Assembly: GCA_964016885.1 (NCBI GenBank)
Contig: OZ024740.1
Coordinates: forward strand, 199,268,001 to 199,332,000
Source of the DNA: Eledone cirrhosa
Lineage: Eukaryota
DNA length: 64,000 bases
Reading direction: 5' to 3'
Both the position numbers and the translations under genes were made by a program. How positions within the stretch are numbered: position 1 is the stretch's first letter; each line of letters opens with the position of its first letter. Shown one piece after another: positions 1 to 14,904 of the stretch. Under the pieces are notes generated by a model. The model was not told where the DNA came from and did not search any database. It was given only the letters and a program-made list of their open reading frames with translations.

Positions 1-55
<55 letters not shown>

Positions 56-196
56 TATATTAGAAAGTGAGGTTTTTTTTACAAAATGAAAAATAACCGA
101 GGTGTCCTACACGAGTGAAAGTATAAAGAAAAAAAGATGAAATCGAAATTGCAACTGGAGTCTTATTTTAAAAAAAATATATATTGTTATTTGGTT

Positions 197-234
197 CCTT
201 TACCGGTTTCGCAGTTCTTCTGCTTTTCAAAAGT
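197..234 (-). ncRNA. Minimal type I hammerhead ribozyme, U3-A8 core variant (family A)
   Basis: Minus strand reads CTT-TTGAAAA-GCAG agaa/a CTGC-GAAA-CCGG-TA-AAG. Further copies are at 2535-2575(+, decayed stem II), 18092-18129(-) and 35463-35500(-). Confidence 0.65.
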
Positions 235-625
235 AGAGTTGAGATGGAGGGTCTGTGGTTTTCTCATATCTGGTTCGTCTCTGAATGTTACTTGTTTTAT
301 ATGGAAAAAGTGGCTCGAAATGCCAGGTTTTTTGAGAAGTAATTATAATAAATTTCGCGCCAGTTCGCGTTACAAAGTTCTTCAAACAGGAGGGGGGGGG
401 GGGGGTCACGGGTTGTTTTTTTCATATATGAGTGTTTGAATTTCTTTTTACTTAAAAAAAGGGGGTTCACGAAGGCTTTTTTTAATAAACGTAATTTGAT
501 TGGTTAATAAATGAAATTATGGCTATCACGTAAACAAGTTTTCATTAAATTTTCGCACCCTTATTTGGAAATCCATTCTGTAGCCTTTTTAGAGAATTTT
601 ATGACAACTAAAACAAAACCCAAGA

Positions 626-1141
626 ATGAAAAAAGCCCTTGAAACACAACATATTCAAAAGCAAAAGACAACAGAAATCACTGAAACCATTACACACCAA
701 TGCCAAATTACATACCACAAACCCACAACCAAAAATGTCAAAAAATGTGGTCGCTCTAATTGTGGAACCTGCACTCACATCATTGAAGGCAACACGTATA
801 CATTTAAATCAGGACAACATTTTACTGTAAAAAATCACTTCACTTGCTCATCAAAAAATCTACTTTATGCTATTAAATGTAAAGGATGCAATGAAGATTA
901 TATAGGACAAACTAAACTCACACTCAGAAACAGAATGACAGTTCATCGCCAACAATTACGAGATCCAACCACGAGACAGATACCACTAAGCGCACATCTA
1001 GACATATGCGCAAGTAATAAGATACCCAAATTCCAAGTCTTCCCATTTTATCTTTGCGCTAACAATATAACAGAACAAATACGAATAAATAAAGAAAATA
1101 TGTTTATTCAAAAATATAGACCAGCATTTAATATGGTTTAA
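626..1141 (+). pseudogene. PLE C-terminal Cys-rich linker plus GIY-YIG endonuclease fragment
   Basis: CGRSNCGTC...FTCSSKNLLYAIKCKGCNEDYIGQT...RNRMTVHRQ...LSAHLDIC; clearly homologous to the C-terminus of the 5563-7455 ORF. Confidence 0.9.
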
Positions 1142-1978
1142 TATACATTTTGTCAACACCATAACATGCTAACCATCCAAACAGACACATACACACATAA
1201 CACCTTCTACTTTAGAAAATAAAAACCCGAACTAAATAAACCTTAACATACGTTTGCACTGACAATACAACAGAACAAATACGTATAAGTAAGGAAAATA
1301 TGTTCATTCAAAAATATTCCTACTAAAGGAATCATTTCCCTACACACACACACACACACACACACACAATATAAATATATATATATATATATATATTCTC
1401 TTCATCTTAACATGCTAACCATACTCCCACACACATATCACCCATACACACACATAACAACACCCACACCCACACACACATCTCCCTCCCCCATTTCTAC
1501 TAATATAATCACTTTCCTACACACATATATACACACACACAAAATATATATTCTCTCCATCTTAACATACTCCCACATACACACACATAACACCCATATA
1601 CACACACACACAACTCGCTCCCCCATTTCTACTAATAGAATCATCTTCCAATACACACACCCACACACACACACAAGCACACACATAAACATACACATCT
1701 TTACTTTCTTTACTTCAATAGAAAATCTGAATTCTGACACCCCAGCGAACCATCCATATTCACTGAACCAGAACAATTCTCCCATCCCATTTCTCTTGAC
1801 CATTATCTTTTGCTTGTAAAAAAATTCTGTAAAAAGGGTACAGAATAGATTTCCAGATAAGGGCGCGAACATTTAATGAAAACTTGTTCACGTGACAGAC
1901 ATAATTTCATTTATAGCCAATCAAATTACGTCTATTAAAAAAAAGCCTTCGTGAGCCCCTTTTTTTAAGTATAAAGAA

Positions 1979-2016
<38 letters not shown>

Positions 2017-2633
2017 CCACAAAATAAACATACATATCTTTACTTTCTTTATTCAATAGAAAATCTGAATTCTGACACCCCAGCGAACTAACCATATTCA
2101 CTGAACCAGAACAATTGTCTCATCCAATTTCTCTTGACCATTAACTTTTACTTGTCATAAAATTCTCTAGAAAGGCTACAGATAGATTTCCAAATAAGGG
2201 CGCGAAAATCTTTTGAGAACTTGTTTATGTGACAGCATAATTTCATTTATAACCAATCAAATTACGTTTATTTAGAAAAAGCCATCGTGAGCCCCCCTTT
2301 TTAAGTAAAAAGAAATTCAAACTCTCATATATGAAAAAACAAGCTGTGACAACCCCTCGCCCTTGTTTGAAGAACTATGTAACGCGAACTGGCGCGAAAT
2401 TTATTTTAATTATTGACCATCAATCAAATTCCTTCTCGAAAAACCTGGCATTTCGAGCCACTTTTTCCATATAAAACAAGTAACATTCAGAGACGAACCA
2501 GATGTGAAAAAACCACAGACCCTCCATCTCAACTCTACTTTTGAAAAGCATAAAACTCCGAAACCGGTAAAGGAAGCAAATCAATATTTTTTTTTTTTTA
2601 AATAAGACGCCAGTTGCATTTTCGATTTCATCT

Positions 2634-2716
<83 letters not shown>

Positions 2717-2719
<3 letters not shown>

Positions 2720-3280
2720 TTTCTTGTCTGTACATACAAGTAACATCTTATTCAACTGAACAATCATATAGATACATATATATTGATGTTGTGAACAACA
2801 GTTTTGTATTTACAGGGTGTAATGGATGCGACATATATTATACGAGAATTGTACAATAATTCAAATTGTATTCCACTCTGCTTTTAATTTTAATTTTATT
2901 TATTGTACAATTCTCGTATATTAATCATTGTATAATTCTCGTATATCGCATCCATTACACCCTGTAAATACGAAACTGTTGTTCACAACATCAATATATA
3001 TGTACTTATATGATTGTTCAGTTGAATAGGATGTTAATTATATGTACAAATATTGCTAATGCTCCGATGAATCCAAACGAAAGTTTGGAAGAAACGATTG
3101 TCAGCAATAAAATGATTTGAACATAACTTTGATAATTGTGTAATTTATATTCATGCTCTGTAAAACACTTGATGTTCTTACATTGAGCTATTTCTCTTAC
3201 TGGTAATAAGGTAGTAATAAATTACTGACCTTTCCTGTTTATAGTTGTTTATAGTATATACATAAAGAGTATCATTATTA
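2717..3280 (+). mobile_element. Fold-back non-coding pLTR-like element with HHR
   Basis: Inverted arms ~2735-2860 and ~2900-3048, then an HHR-like motif. A 3' fragment of the same family is at ~50643-50800. (TA)n on both sides. Confidence 0.6.
3057..3108 (+). ncRNA. Type I hammerhead-like motif (CCGAUGA core)
   Basis: TGCT-CCGATGA-a-TCCAAAC gaaa GTTTGGA-a-GAAA-CGATTG-TC-AGCA; position U4 is mutated to C. Confidence 0.6.
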
Positions 3281-3310
3281 TTATATATATATGTGTATAT
3301 ATATATATAT

Positions 3311-4350
<1,040 letters not shown>

Positions 4351-4553
4351 TATATATGTGTGTGCGTTTGTATTACTGCATGCAAATATATGTATTTATA
4401 TATGGATATATAAATACATATATATATATATATTGGTAAACGGAATAGAAAATGCTGACAAATTGTTCACAGTTGAAAAATGGTTTAATTAGGAATAAAA
4501 GAGTATTAGTGATTGTATGGGTTAGTATTCAGTTGTGGTTTTAAGTTTTTAAG

Positions 4554-4591
4554 TTTTTACCGGTTGCGCATTTCTAAATGCTTTTCAAAAA
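4554..4591 (-). ncRNA. Hammerhead-like motif with UUGAAAA and GCAA core (family B)
   Basis: TTT-TTGAAAA-GCATT taga AATGC-GCAA-CCGG-TA-AAA; the same core is at 60438-60473(-). Confidence 0.5.
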
Positions 4592-4936
4592 TAATTTTGA
4601 GATAGAGTGTCCGTGCTGTTTGCTCTGATCTGATTAGTTTTGGGAATTCTACCTGTTTTTATGTTAAAAAAGTGGCTCCAGCGTTATTTTTGTGTTGCAA
4701 AAATGCTTGTGGTCAAAACAATTTTGATTGGTCGGTAGAGGTCATGTGAATGTAAAAAGCTGATTTTGCGCCAAGACTGTTTTTATGTTAAAAAAGTGGC
4801 TCCAGCAAAATTTCTTGGTCAAAACAATTTTGATTGGTCGGTAGAGGTCATGTGGATAAAAAATTGGTTTTGCGCCAAGATTGAGAAATGACTCTTTCAC
4901 AACAAATATGTGTGTGTGTGTGTGTGTGTGTATGTG

Positions 4937-4979
<43 letters not shown>

Positions 4980-5562
4980 AGTAGTAGTAGTAGTAGTAGT
5001 AAGGTGTTCGATGCTGCGACAATGGCCAGCAGCGATGTGTGTCAAATGGCTATTAAGATAAGTGTGTGTGTGTGTGTGTGTGTGTGTATAGCAGAGTCAT
5101 TCGAAGGTCAAAAGATATTTTTCAGCTTTTGTCTTATACGGAGAAGTGCGCGTGTGTGTGTGTGTGTGTATAAGTCTCTTTGTATGTTGATGTACGCGTG
5201 TGTATGTGTTTGTGTATATATGTGTGTGTGTGTGGGGGGGGGGTGGACCAGTATTTTTTCCCCCTGGTAAAATGGTGTACATTATTCGATTTTTTCAGTA
5301 AAATCGGTTCTCTTAATAGAACATCAAAAATCTTAACAATAAAAGGTGCGAAATGATATTCACTATATATATATACACACATACATATATTCACTACATA
5401 TATATATATATATACATATATACATACATATATATGCACATATATTTTTTTGTATTGCACCATAGAGCATGTGTGTTTACGTGTGTCATTGTGTTTATAT
5501 GTGGGTAGAGATGTGTGCTGATGTAGGTATGTATGTTGACGTGTGTATGTTGTGGGTTCGTC

Positions 5563-7380
5563 TTAGGGAGAAGTGTTTAGACGGGGTCCGTATTTGTTAA
5601 TGAAGTAAGATTCCTTGCTGATGCGCTGGGTGTGGGTGGCATTATCTTTAAATTTGTAGAGGGGAAAGATTCTGAAGTCGGGATGATTTTGGGCGGCACA
5701 GGTATCAATGTGTTCACTCAGTGGTATTTTCCTGTATTCCCGTATTTTAATTTGGGATCTATGGACAGTCATGCGTTGGCGGAGGCTGTTTTTGGTCTGG
5801 CCTATGTATTGTTCTCGACAACCTGAACAAGTTAATACATATATTAGATTTTCCGATGCACATGTGAAATTGTGTTTTACTATAAAACGTTGTCCATCTT
5901 TGAAATAGAATTCCGAACCCTCTATTAGGGTGATGCAAATGCCACAGTTGGGTCTATCGCATTTTTTTACTGTGGGTTTCGTTGTTGTGGTTGGCAGTAC
6001 TTTGGCATGTGTTAAGATGTTTTTCATTGACTTGGATTGTCTTTTGCTCTTTATAATATCGTGTGTTCGTAGAATTTGGTTCATTCTATGGTCCTTTTTC
6101 AATACAGGGATGTTCTGGAGGATGGTGTCAAAGGCCTCATTGTTGAGGGGGTTGTGTGTGGAGATGTATGGAAGAGCTTTTAGTTTTGGTTGATTTACTT
6201 TAGGGTGCCTAAGGTCCTGGGTACTGAGTTTTAGGGCATGTTGGATTCCATTGTCAATTAGTGATGCAGGGTAGTCCCTGCCTATGAGTGTGTCCTTTAG
6301 TTCTTGTAGCCGTAAGTAGCAGATGTTTTTATTGGAGACTATAGTACAGATTCTCTTGGCTAAGTTGTAGGGAATATTAATTTTAACGTGTCTAGGGTGG
6401 CAAGAGTTGAAGGGGAGATATTGCTTGGAGTCTGTGGGCTTGTAGTATATGTCTGTTTCTATTTTTTTGTTATGTATCTTAATGAGGATGTCGAGGAAGG
6501 GGAGTTGTTGATGGCTGTATTCCATCGTGAAGTTAATATTTGTGTTGAGCCCATTTATAAGGGTGTGAAATTCTTTAAGTTTTTCGATGTTTTTGTGCCA
6601 AAGGATGAAGCAGTCATCTAGATATCGCTTCCAGTTCCTTTCAATGTGTAAGTGGAGGGTGTTTCCAAATTTGTTTAGGACTTTAGTGTAGAGGGTGATT
6701 TCCAGGTATCCCATGACTAGGTTGGCATAAGTAGGGGCTGTTCTCGTTCCCATAGCGGTCCCAGATTTCTGCCTGTAGGGTTTGTTATTGAAAACGAAGT
6801 AATTGTTCTCCAAGATAAATTTGAGTCCCTCTATCACGAATTCTTTTTTGATGCGTTGTGGGAGTTCATTGTGGAAATTATCCAGCCAGAATTGGATAGC
6901 TTCTATTCCTAGGTTGTGGGGGATGTTGGAGTATAGGTTGACTACATCGAACGTCACTAGTAGGGTTTGTTCAGAAAGTGGCATATTAGGGAGGTGATTG
7001 AGCATATCTAGGTCGTCCCTTATATAGCTTTTGATGTGCTTGAGGAAGGGTTTGAGAAGGGTATCAATGAAGTTGCTAAGACGGTGCGTTTCGAAAGCGG
7101 GGCCTGCTATTAAAGGTCTTAATTTGAGATCATTGGGTGAGGGGACATTGATGACTATGTCTGTGGGTTCCTTGCATGCCTTACTGATTGATTCGCTTTT
7201 ATGTACTTTAGGGATACCGTAGAAAAGGCTGGATTTACTTGTGAAGTCTGTGATGAAGCTGAATTCCTTGTTAGTGAGTCCTTCTTTGTATTGGTTGATT
7301 AGAGTTTTTAGGTTTCTCATAATTTTCTGTTGATTGTAGTGTTCAGCCTTTTCGTAGTATGTTTCATTTTTCAAAGTGGA
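5563..7380 (-). CDS. Penelope-like RT (C-terminal two thirds) + Zn-finger linker + GIY-YIG endonuclease; open but 5'-truncated
   Basis: FYGIPKVHK, LRPLIA, LVTFDVVNLYSNIP, QKSGTAMGTRTAPTYANLVMG, WKRYLDDCF, LPFLDI, YYKPTD...SCHP, CDRPNCGIC, LIYVLTCSGCREQYIGQT. Confidence 0.95.
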   Translation of the reverse strand, partial: STLKNETYYEKAEHYNQQKIMRNLKTLINQYKEGLTNKEFSFITDFTSKSSLFYGIPKVHKSESISKACKEPTDIVINVPSPNDLKLRPLIAGPAFETHRLSNFIDTLLKPFLKHIKSYIRDDLDMLNHLPNMPLSEQTLLVTFDVVNLYSNIPHNLGIEAIQFWLDNFHNELPQRIKKEFVIEGLKFILENNYFVFNNKPYRQKSGTAMGTRTAPTYANLVMGYLEITLYTKVLNKFGNTLHLHIERNWKRYLDDCFILWHKNIEKLKEFHTLINGLNTNINFTMEYSHQQLPFLDILIKIHNKKIETDIYYKPTDSKQYLPFNSCHPRHVKINIPYNLAKRICTIVSNKNICYLRLQELKDTLIGRDYPASLIDNGIQHALKLSTQDLRHPKVNQPKLKALPYISTHNPLNNEAFDTILQNIPVLKKDHRMNQILRTHDIIKSKRQSKSMKNILTHAKVLPTTTTKPTVKKCDRPNCGICITLIEGSEFYFKDGQRFIVKHNFTCASENLIYVLTCSGCREQYIGQTKNSLRQRMTVHRSQIKIREYRKIPLSEHIDTCAAQNHPDFRIFPLYKFKDNATHTQRISKESYFINKYGPRLNTSP

Positions 7381-7490
7381 GAACGCTAAGTTGATATAGT
7401 ATATATATATATCAACTGTGAACAATTTGTCAGCATTTTCTATTCCGTTTACCAATATATAATAACTTGTGTGTTACACCTCTATTCTTT

Positions 7491-8080
<590 letters not shown>

Positions 8081-8191
8081 ATATATTACACTCTGTATAG
8101 CTCTACACCTCATCACAGAAGTGAACCTAAACATCGAGTGCTCTCCCGGGTGAACCTGCAGTAACTCCTAGTTACACCCCCTGGATATATA

Positions 8192-8222
<31 letters not shown>

Positions 8223-8413
8223 TCACACACACATATATATATATATATATATTAAAGTATATATATATATATATATATGTATATATCTACATATATATAT
8301 ATGTATATAGATATATACATATATATATATACATATATACACACATATATATATATACATATATTTATATATATATATATATATATATATCTGCATGCAT
8401 TGATACAAACGCT

Positions 8414-8487
<74 letters not shown>

Positions 8488-9094
8488 AACACACCCTACA
8501 CACACACTCACAAACACACATACCCCCACACACCCACACACACACACACATGTACACACACACACAGGTACATATAGATATACACATATATGACTGCCTG
8601 TCTTTTTGTTTATTTCTTTTCGTATTTGACTTCGAAGCAATATGTAATGAAAATTTCTTAATAACATTTTATCAATCACCTTATTTTCTTATGACAAATA
8701 TATATAAGTTATTATCTTTTGTTTTTAAATATTGTAACGCTATTATACTTAATGTAATTACCTTATATCATGTATCCCGAACGGACAACTTAATATTTAT
8801 AAATATGACTACTTATTAGAATACATTTTCTATTCTCCATCTTAATGTACATCTTTACACATGTATTATTCCTGATGAACTTAACGATAATTAAATATTT
8901 AATCGAAATTATCGATTATCTATTTTGGTCAATGAATTCTACGTAGAATTAAAGCGTCTTGAACCTTCCAATTTCATTGGTTATCCTTTCAATACATATT
9001 AATTTTTCTGTGAGGCTGCTTACTTTTCAATGTTTCTGCTTTATATATCAGATTTATGTTGGTCTGCATGATTAATGATCGTAACAACACATTG

Positions 9095-9379
<285 letters not shown>

Positions 9380-9420
9380 TTTATATATATATAAATATAT
9401 CTATATCTCTCTCTCTATAT

Positions 9421-9586
<166 letters not shown>

Positions 9587-9668
9587 AAAGTTATATTTAA
9601 ATTGTTGGGTTACAACTAGTAAATATTTATAACTGATATAAAAGCACTCAACAAGTATTTGGAGTATA

Positions 9669-10045
9669 TTTACGATATTAAATAAATGCAAACTATATTT
9701 ATATTTATAAAACCATATCTATTTCACTATATATATTTCAGGGATATCATATTAACTATATGTTATGCCTTCTTCAGACAAAATACAATATAGACAGTTT
9801 TATAAATAAATAGATTTGACATACCGTTCAACATCGACTTGGATTTGAAAAGTTGATTTGCCAAATCAACTTTTCAAATACAAGTCTATGTTGAACGGTA
9901 TGTCAAATCTATTTATTTATAAAACTGTCTATATTGTATTTTGTCTGAAGAAGGCATAACATATTGTTAATATGATATCCCTGAAATATATATAGTGAAA
10001 TAGATATGGTTTTATAAATATAGTTTCCATTTATTTAATATCGTA
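9669..10045. mobile_element. Near-perfect palindrome of a PLE pLTR end carrying two opposed HHRs
   Basis: Centre at ~9861 (GATTTG-C-CAAATC). The terminus ...ATATAGTTTCCATTTATTTAATATC is shared with 14905-14940 and 53340-53370. Confidence 0.8.
9937..10002 (+). ncRNA. Type I hammerhead ribozyme
   Basis: TATTTTGT-CTGAAGA-AGG...CCT-GAAA-TATATA-TA-GTGAAATA; mirror copy at 9720-9785(-). Confidence 0.75.
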
Positions 10046-10073
10046 TATATATATATATATATATATTTATATA

Positions 10074-13000
10074 CTAGGAGAAGAACCACCCTTCGGATGG
10101 TTTTCTGCTAATATATATAGTGTGTATATTGATATACGCAAATATATAAGTACATGAACTGAACAAAGACTGTATCATACTTACCCATGATACACCTTTT
10201 TAAAAAAGGGCGATAATGAAGATGAAAAAGTGATGAAACTGTTGACGGAAAATGTTCGTGATTCTTCACTTGAGAATGTCGATGGGAAGCTTCAAACAGT
10301 GAACTTGAAAACAGATGCTGCTGGCATGAATGAATGCATTTCATTCACCAATATGAAGAGTTGACCTTCGCTATACTGTTGTTTTACTGTATTCACATAT
10401 AGACTTCTGAAGTTTTTGTAGTGACCCTTTTCTAGCAATTAAAAAGAAACTGAAATGCATTTCAACTAAAAGGGAGTGATAGTTGTTTCACATCACTGTC
10501 TTTGTTGACACAGTTGTCAGCAAACAGACCTCCTTTCATTTAATATTTTTATATTTTCTTTTTTGTAACTCGTGATAATGCAAAATACATCTGAAAATAT
10601 GAGAAGAATTGTGTTGGTAGACCTATCTTTTCAAATGTCTGCCCTTGTGCCTTGTTGCATGTAACGGGCAAAGGTTGGTTTGACAGGAAATTACTGCGAG
10701 TAAGGTGAAAGGGAACTGCAGCTCTTGAGATACATGTGGTATCCTTGAGATTAGCACCTTGTTCCAACATTGGGACTCAATGCCACTCAGCTTCATTTAC
10801 ACGATTATGTAGCCTGATGATGCAATGTCCGTTTAGAGGATCCAGATTTCTCAGAAGCATGATACAACTGTCTTTCTTCAGTTTAAGTATGTGTGTTGGG
10901 AAGCCTGATGGGCAAGTTTGTTGATGAACTCAATTGGATATTGCAGCTCATTATGTATTGTACCAGAGCTTCTGTAAATTATTTCTAGATCAGGGAATTT
11001 ATTGACCATGAACTCATTCACCAATCTTGTTGCATGATTTGTTGGAGTGATAATGGCTCTATTTGCAAGCCATAGTGGGTTTGTGTAGTTTCCTGGAAAA
11101 TGTGTATACATAATATCACACAGTTCATTTGGCAGAAGAATTGTGAATGCACCTAGGTTGGAGCAGTTGGAATGTTCCAATTTCCCACATCAAGAAGATA
11201 GTTTGCAAACTGTATTTCATCAGAATCCTCTGCAATAATTAACCGTTGATTGGTTGTCATCTCCATGGTTTCCACATAGTCCCAGAGATAGGATCGTTTT
11301 ATGGTTGCCTCAACTATTTGTGGTCTAACACCATGACGTACAACTGGAAGAATTTGCTTCCAGTCACCAGATAGTAATATTGTTAGATCACCAAATGGCC
11401 TTTTGCAATCTCGAACATCTTTGAAGCTCCTGTCAAGGCATTCAAAGATATGCTTATGTCCCATACTTATCTAATCAACGATTGGCAGGTCAGCTTGCTG
11501 CATAGGTTTACCTGTGACATCCCTCTTTGTGAAGAAGCAAGTTGATTCAGCAATCACATGGAGAGGAATCTTGGACTTGGAATGAAGAGTTCTACCTTTG
11601 TGAAGCAAAGTTGCTGCTATTCCATATATATGGCAGTGGCAAGTGCATTCTTTTCTAGATCGAAGGTAATCCAATAGGATGTTTATGACAGGTCTTTCCT
11701 GTGCCTGTACTTGCATTAAGCAGAAAAATCTACCTTCATTTTCATTTACAGAGGTGATTACTTTGTGAAATATAACCAGTTGCTCAGGATTCAATGTTGG
11801 CAGAGGTTGATTTATGTTTGCTTGCAGCTGGTGTGTATTGAAATAAGTATCTACCATAAAAACCCTGTTGATTTCTGGTATGGCAACAATAGTTGGGTCT
11901 GGCCGAGGAAGACCATAGTTGGCATGAATGTCCAAACCATCATGTTGAAGTCTTTGTTGGATTTTATGTAGAACAATCTGCACGTTTTGCTCATGACATT
12001 CATGATATCATCTGCAAGACAATTCTTCCATTTCTCCCAGAACTGCAGAGGGTCATTTGGCATGCAGTACAATAAAATGGCGCAGAATATCTTTAGCAGA
12101 TGAGGAGCAAGAGTAATGGATGAAGCCTCTTCCATATTTAGGAATATCAATATACAATATGTTTTGTGACAGTAGGTCTCTAATATTCAGTTGAAAATAT
12201 TCCGTCAACTTAGTCAATGGGTGTCTCCTTGAAACAACACTTTCTTCCTGCCCTCGCTCATACACGACCATTTGTTCCCCAGGTAAATGACAAGGCAACT
12301 TTTCAACTGGCGGTTTCCGATGGTATATTGAACATTTATAGATTCTCCAGAAAGCTTCACTTGCTGAGACTCACCGAGCATTGATATAGGTCTCAATCTC
12401 ATTTTGGGCATGGACACAATTTCCTTGATCATCCTTAATAGTGAAAGTGATCTTGTCTGATCTTTTTGTGATATACTTATATAAGTACTTGACACTGTGG
12501 ACAACCTCACAATTGATGTGGCACTGATATCTCAATGAGAGGAAAGGGTTATATGGAACAATCCAACGATTATCAACATGCAAATCTTGGACCTTTAAGT
12601 TAGATTGTATGGGTGAGACCACTTCTATACTCCGGAAAGGAATTTTCAGCAACAAATGTGGTTTGTCTGAATGCCTTAGGATAACATTTTGAGCAATGGC
12701 GTTGTTGTCCTAGCCCTTCCATACGTGACCACATCATATTAGTTTGCCCAAATGGGTCATAGATGTTGCAGGATGTGGTGATATTATACAGAATTGGATT
12801 GTTCTCTTTATCAGGAATCTCACAATACACTCCTACTCAATGGCATCAGCAGTTTTGGGCTTGCTATCTTCAGCCATTATCAGCAGAATAAGAGCATGAG
12901 TGAGGCCACGTTTCTGCCAATCTATTGTAGCACAATGAGCCACAATTTTTCCTAGGACATTTATTTTCAGTATGTCATCCATGAGGCTGTCATACTTGAT

Positions 13001-14470
13001 CTTGAAGACTCTTGCACAAATATCGAGACGGTCCCTAGGTTCTTCACCAGGGTGCAAACTATGTTTTATTTCATCCCAGTTAGGGTTAGTTGTTACTGTG
13101 ATGAAATAAGATGGATTTCCCATGTGTCGAACCACAGTCATTAAATTCTGAAAGCACTCACTGTAGAAGCGAGGGAAACCTTAGATTGAAGGAGGAAGAA
13201 CAATTCTCCAGCCTGCATGTACTGAATCTCCTTCAGCCATAGCATCATGCAAACCTCATACCTTTCAGCTTGTATCATGTTTTTGTTGTTGTGGGCTCAT
13301 TTGAGGCGACAATGTTCTATCTTTGCCTGGGCATCTACAGCATATTGCTGCATCCGCCGCCTGCTCTTAATGATAATGTTAGAGTTACCTTGCCTAATTG
13401 CCTAATCTGAAACCAATAACAGTACAAATCAGTGGGTATGGGGGTTTGGTTTTTGTCAATCCTTTTCGAAACAACTTGAAACCCATCATTCCCCCCCAAG
13501 GAAACAGTAGCACATAATGCAGAGGATCATAAGACGTTGCAACTGATGGATCCTCTGAAGGCCACCATCTTTTTTATGAAAGATGGCGTCCAAGAGATCC
13601 AATGCTGTATCAGGTTGAATAACATCAATCTCAGAAGCCATGGAAATATTATATGTGTGACAATGAAAATCAGTGGGTTTTACTTTGTCAGCATGTAGGA
13701 CAATATTCACATTTTCCAAGACTGGCATTTCAATGACTGACTTGTAGCTTCTTATATAGGTGTTGAAATGCAGGACAGCAGCATCTAAATTAGCATAATG
13801 CGAGCGATTCTGAAGCTCATGATCTGTATCATAGAAGTGAAGCTGCGCAGACTTTGGAGAAGCATCACTTGGGTGAAGTAGTGATCCAATAATAGGATAA
13901 ATCTCACCTTGGATCTTAAATGTGCGACTAAATCCTGGTGCTTTAATCTCTTTGCAGCCAATTGAAACTATGGCAATCACATTGCTATATGTACGTATCT
14001 TATGGAGAAAAGAATTTCCTGCTTGAATGATATTGAAATATTTCAGTATATTTGGTAGAGGAGGAGGCAGTTTCACCTTTCCTTAGAAGCAGCACAAAGA
14101 TTTGGGTTCATGTGAAAGTGATAACCTTTGCAGTGCGGACAAACATAGGAAAAGAGACTCCCTGCATTATCTTGTGGCATTATGGCATCAACAGTTCGCT
14201 GTTAGAAAGGTTCAACTGTAAGATTCTTTGCCATACCTTCAATTGACCTGTTCCTTCCTCTCTGAACGTGTGTTGTATTTGTTGCAAGTTGTTGTTTGTG
14301 TATTAACTGAATTATATTTGTAGAAATTTATTGGGATGTTGTAGAGCGATTATTATTTGATTGATTTGCCCGTATCTCTGTTTCTCGTTGTGTGTCTGCT
14401 GCCATGCGTTGGGATTTAGATGTGAAATGTTTTCTGCATCCCTTGTTCAATTTCTATCATGTATGTATAA
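10074..14470 (-). mobile_element. Decayed autonomous Helitron (RepHel pseudogene)
   Basis: Frameshifted fragments: FKIQGEIY; YFITVTTNPNW...DRLDICARVF...WQKRGLTHALIL (Rep HUH); DNRWIVPYNP...KYLYKYITK; PIF1 helicase GRTLHS, PFGDLTILLSGDWKQILPVV, NKAQGQT, YFALSRV. The 3' hairpin (10081-10105) is followed by CTAG (10074-10077). The 5' boundary is approximate. Confidence 0.93.
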
Positions 14471-14708
14471 ATATACGGTGAAATAAATATATGTTAAAAA
14501 AAAAATTACATATATATATAGCTGACATGGAGTAAAGAAATATTTTAAATGAATGTATGTTTGAAATAAATGAGAGACGGAATATTATATACGTTATGAA
14601 AGAACGATGAACATGTATGAACGTTTATATATATATAGTGATATAGTTTTTGCGTGATTATATTTATACATATAAATATATGATCGTCTGCTACCTCATA
14701 CATCATAT

Positions 14709-14790
<82 letters not shown>

Positions 14791-14904
14791 TGAGAGAGAG
14801 TAGTATGAGGCAGTCATAACAACAGTAGTAGCAGCAAACCATGTGTGAAAACAAAAGTTCTAGTATATATGTATATATATGTATATATATGTATATATAT
14901 ATAT

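Larger units (their letters stand above)
59..2638 (+). mobile_element. 5'-truncated Neptune-type Penelope-like element with inverted pseudo-LTR (family A)
   Basis: The GIY-YIG ORF at 626-1141 is followed by a 3' UTR/pLTR ending near 2638. Bases ~130-607 are the reverse complement of ~2153-2638. The element is flanked by (TA)n and (TC)n(TA)n. The 3' UTR has an internal direct duplication (~1690-1982 and ~2027-2320). Confidence 0.85.

Noticed and set aside
7381-7455. N-terminus [15 protein letters not shown] of the 630-aa ORF
   Set aside because: It is read through the inverted pLTR tip and TA filler, so it is not a real start.
8865-8970. CTGATGA...GAAA near an element end
   Set aside because: Convincing stems I and III could not be assigned; at best a decayed motif.
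9669-10045. Fold-backs as pure sequencing or assembly chimeras
   Set aside because: The arms differ by substitutions and indels, and in the large case by independent insertions, which argues for aged genomic structures. Read-level confirmation is still advisable.
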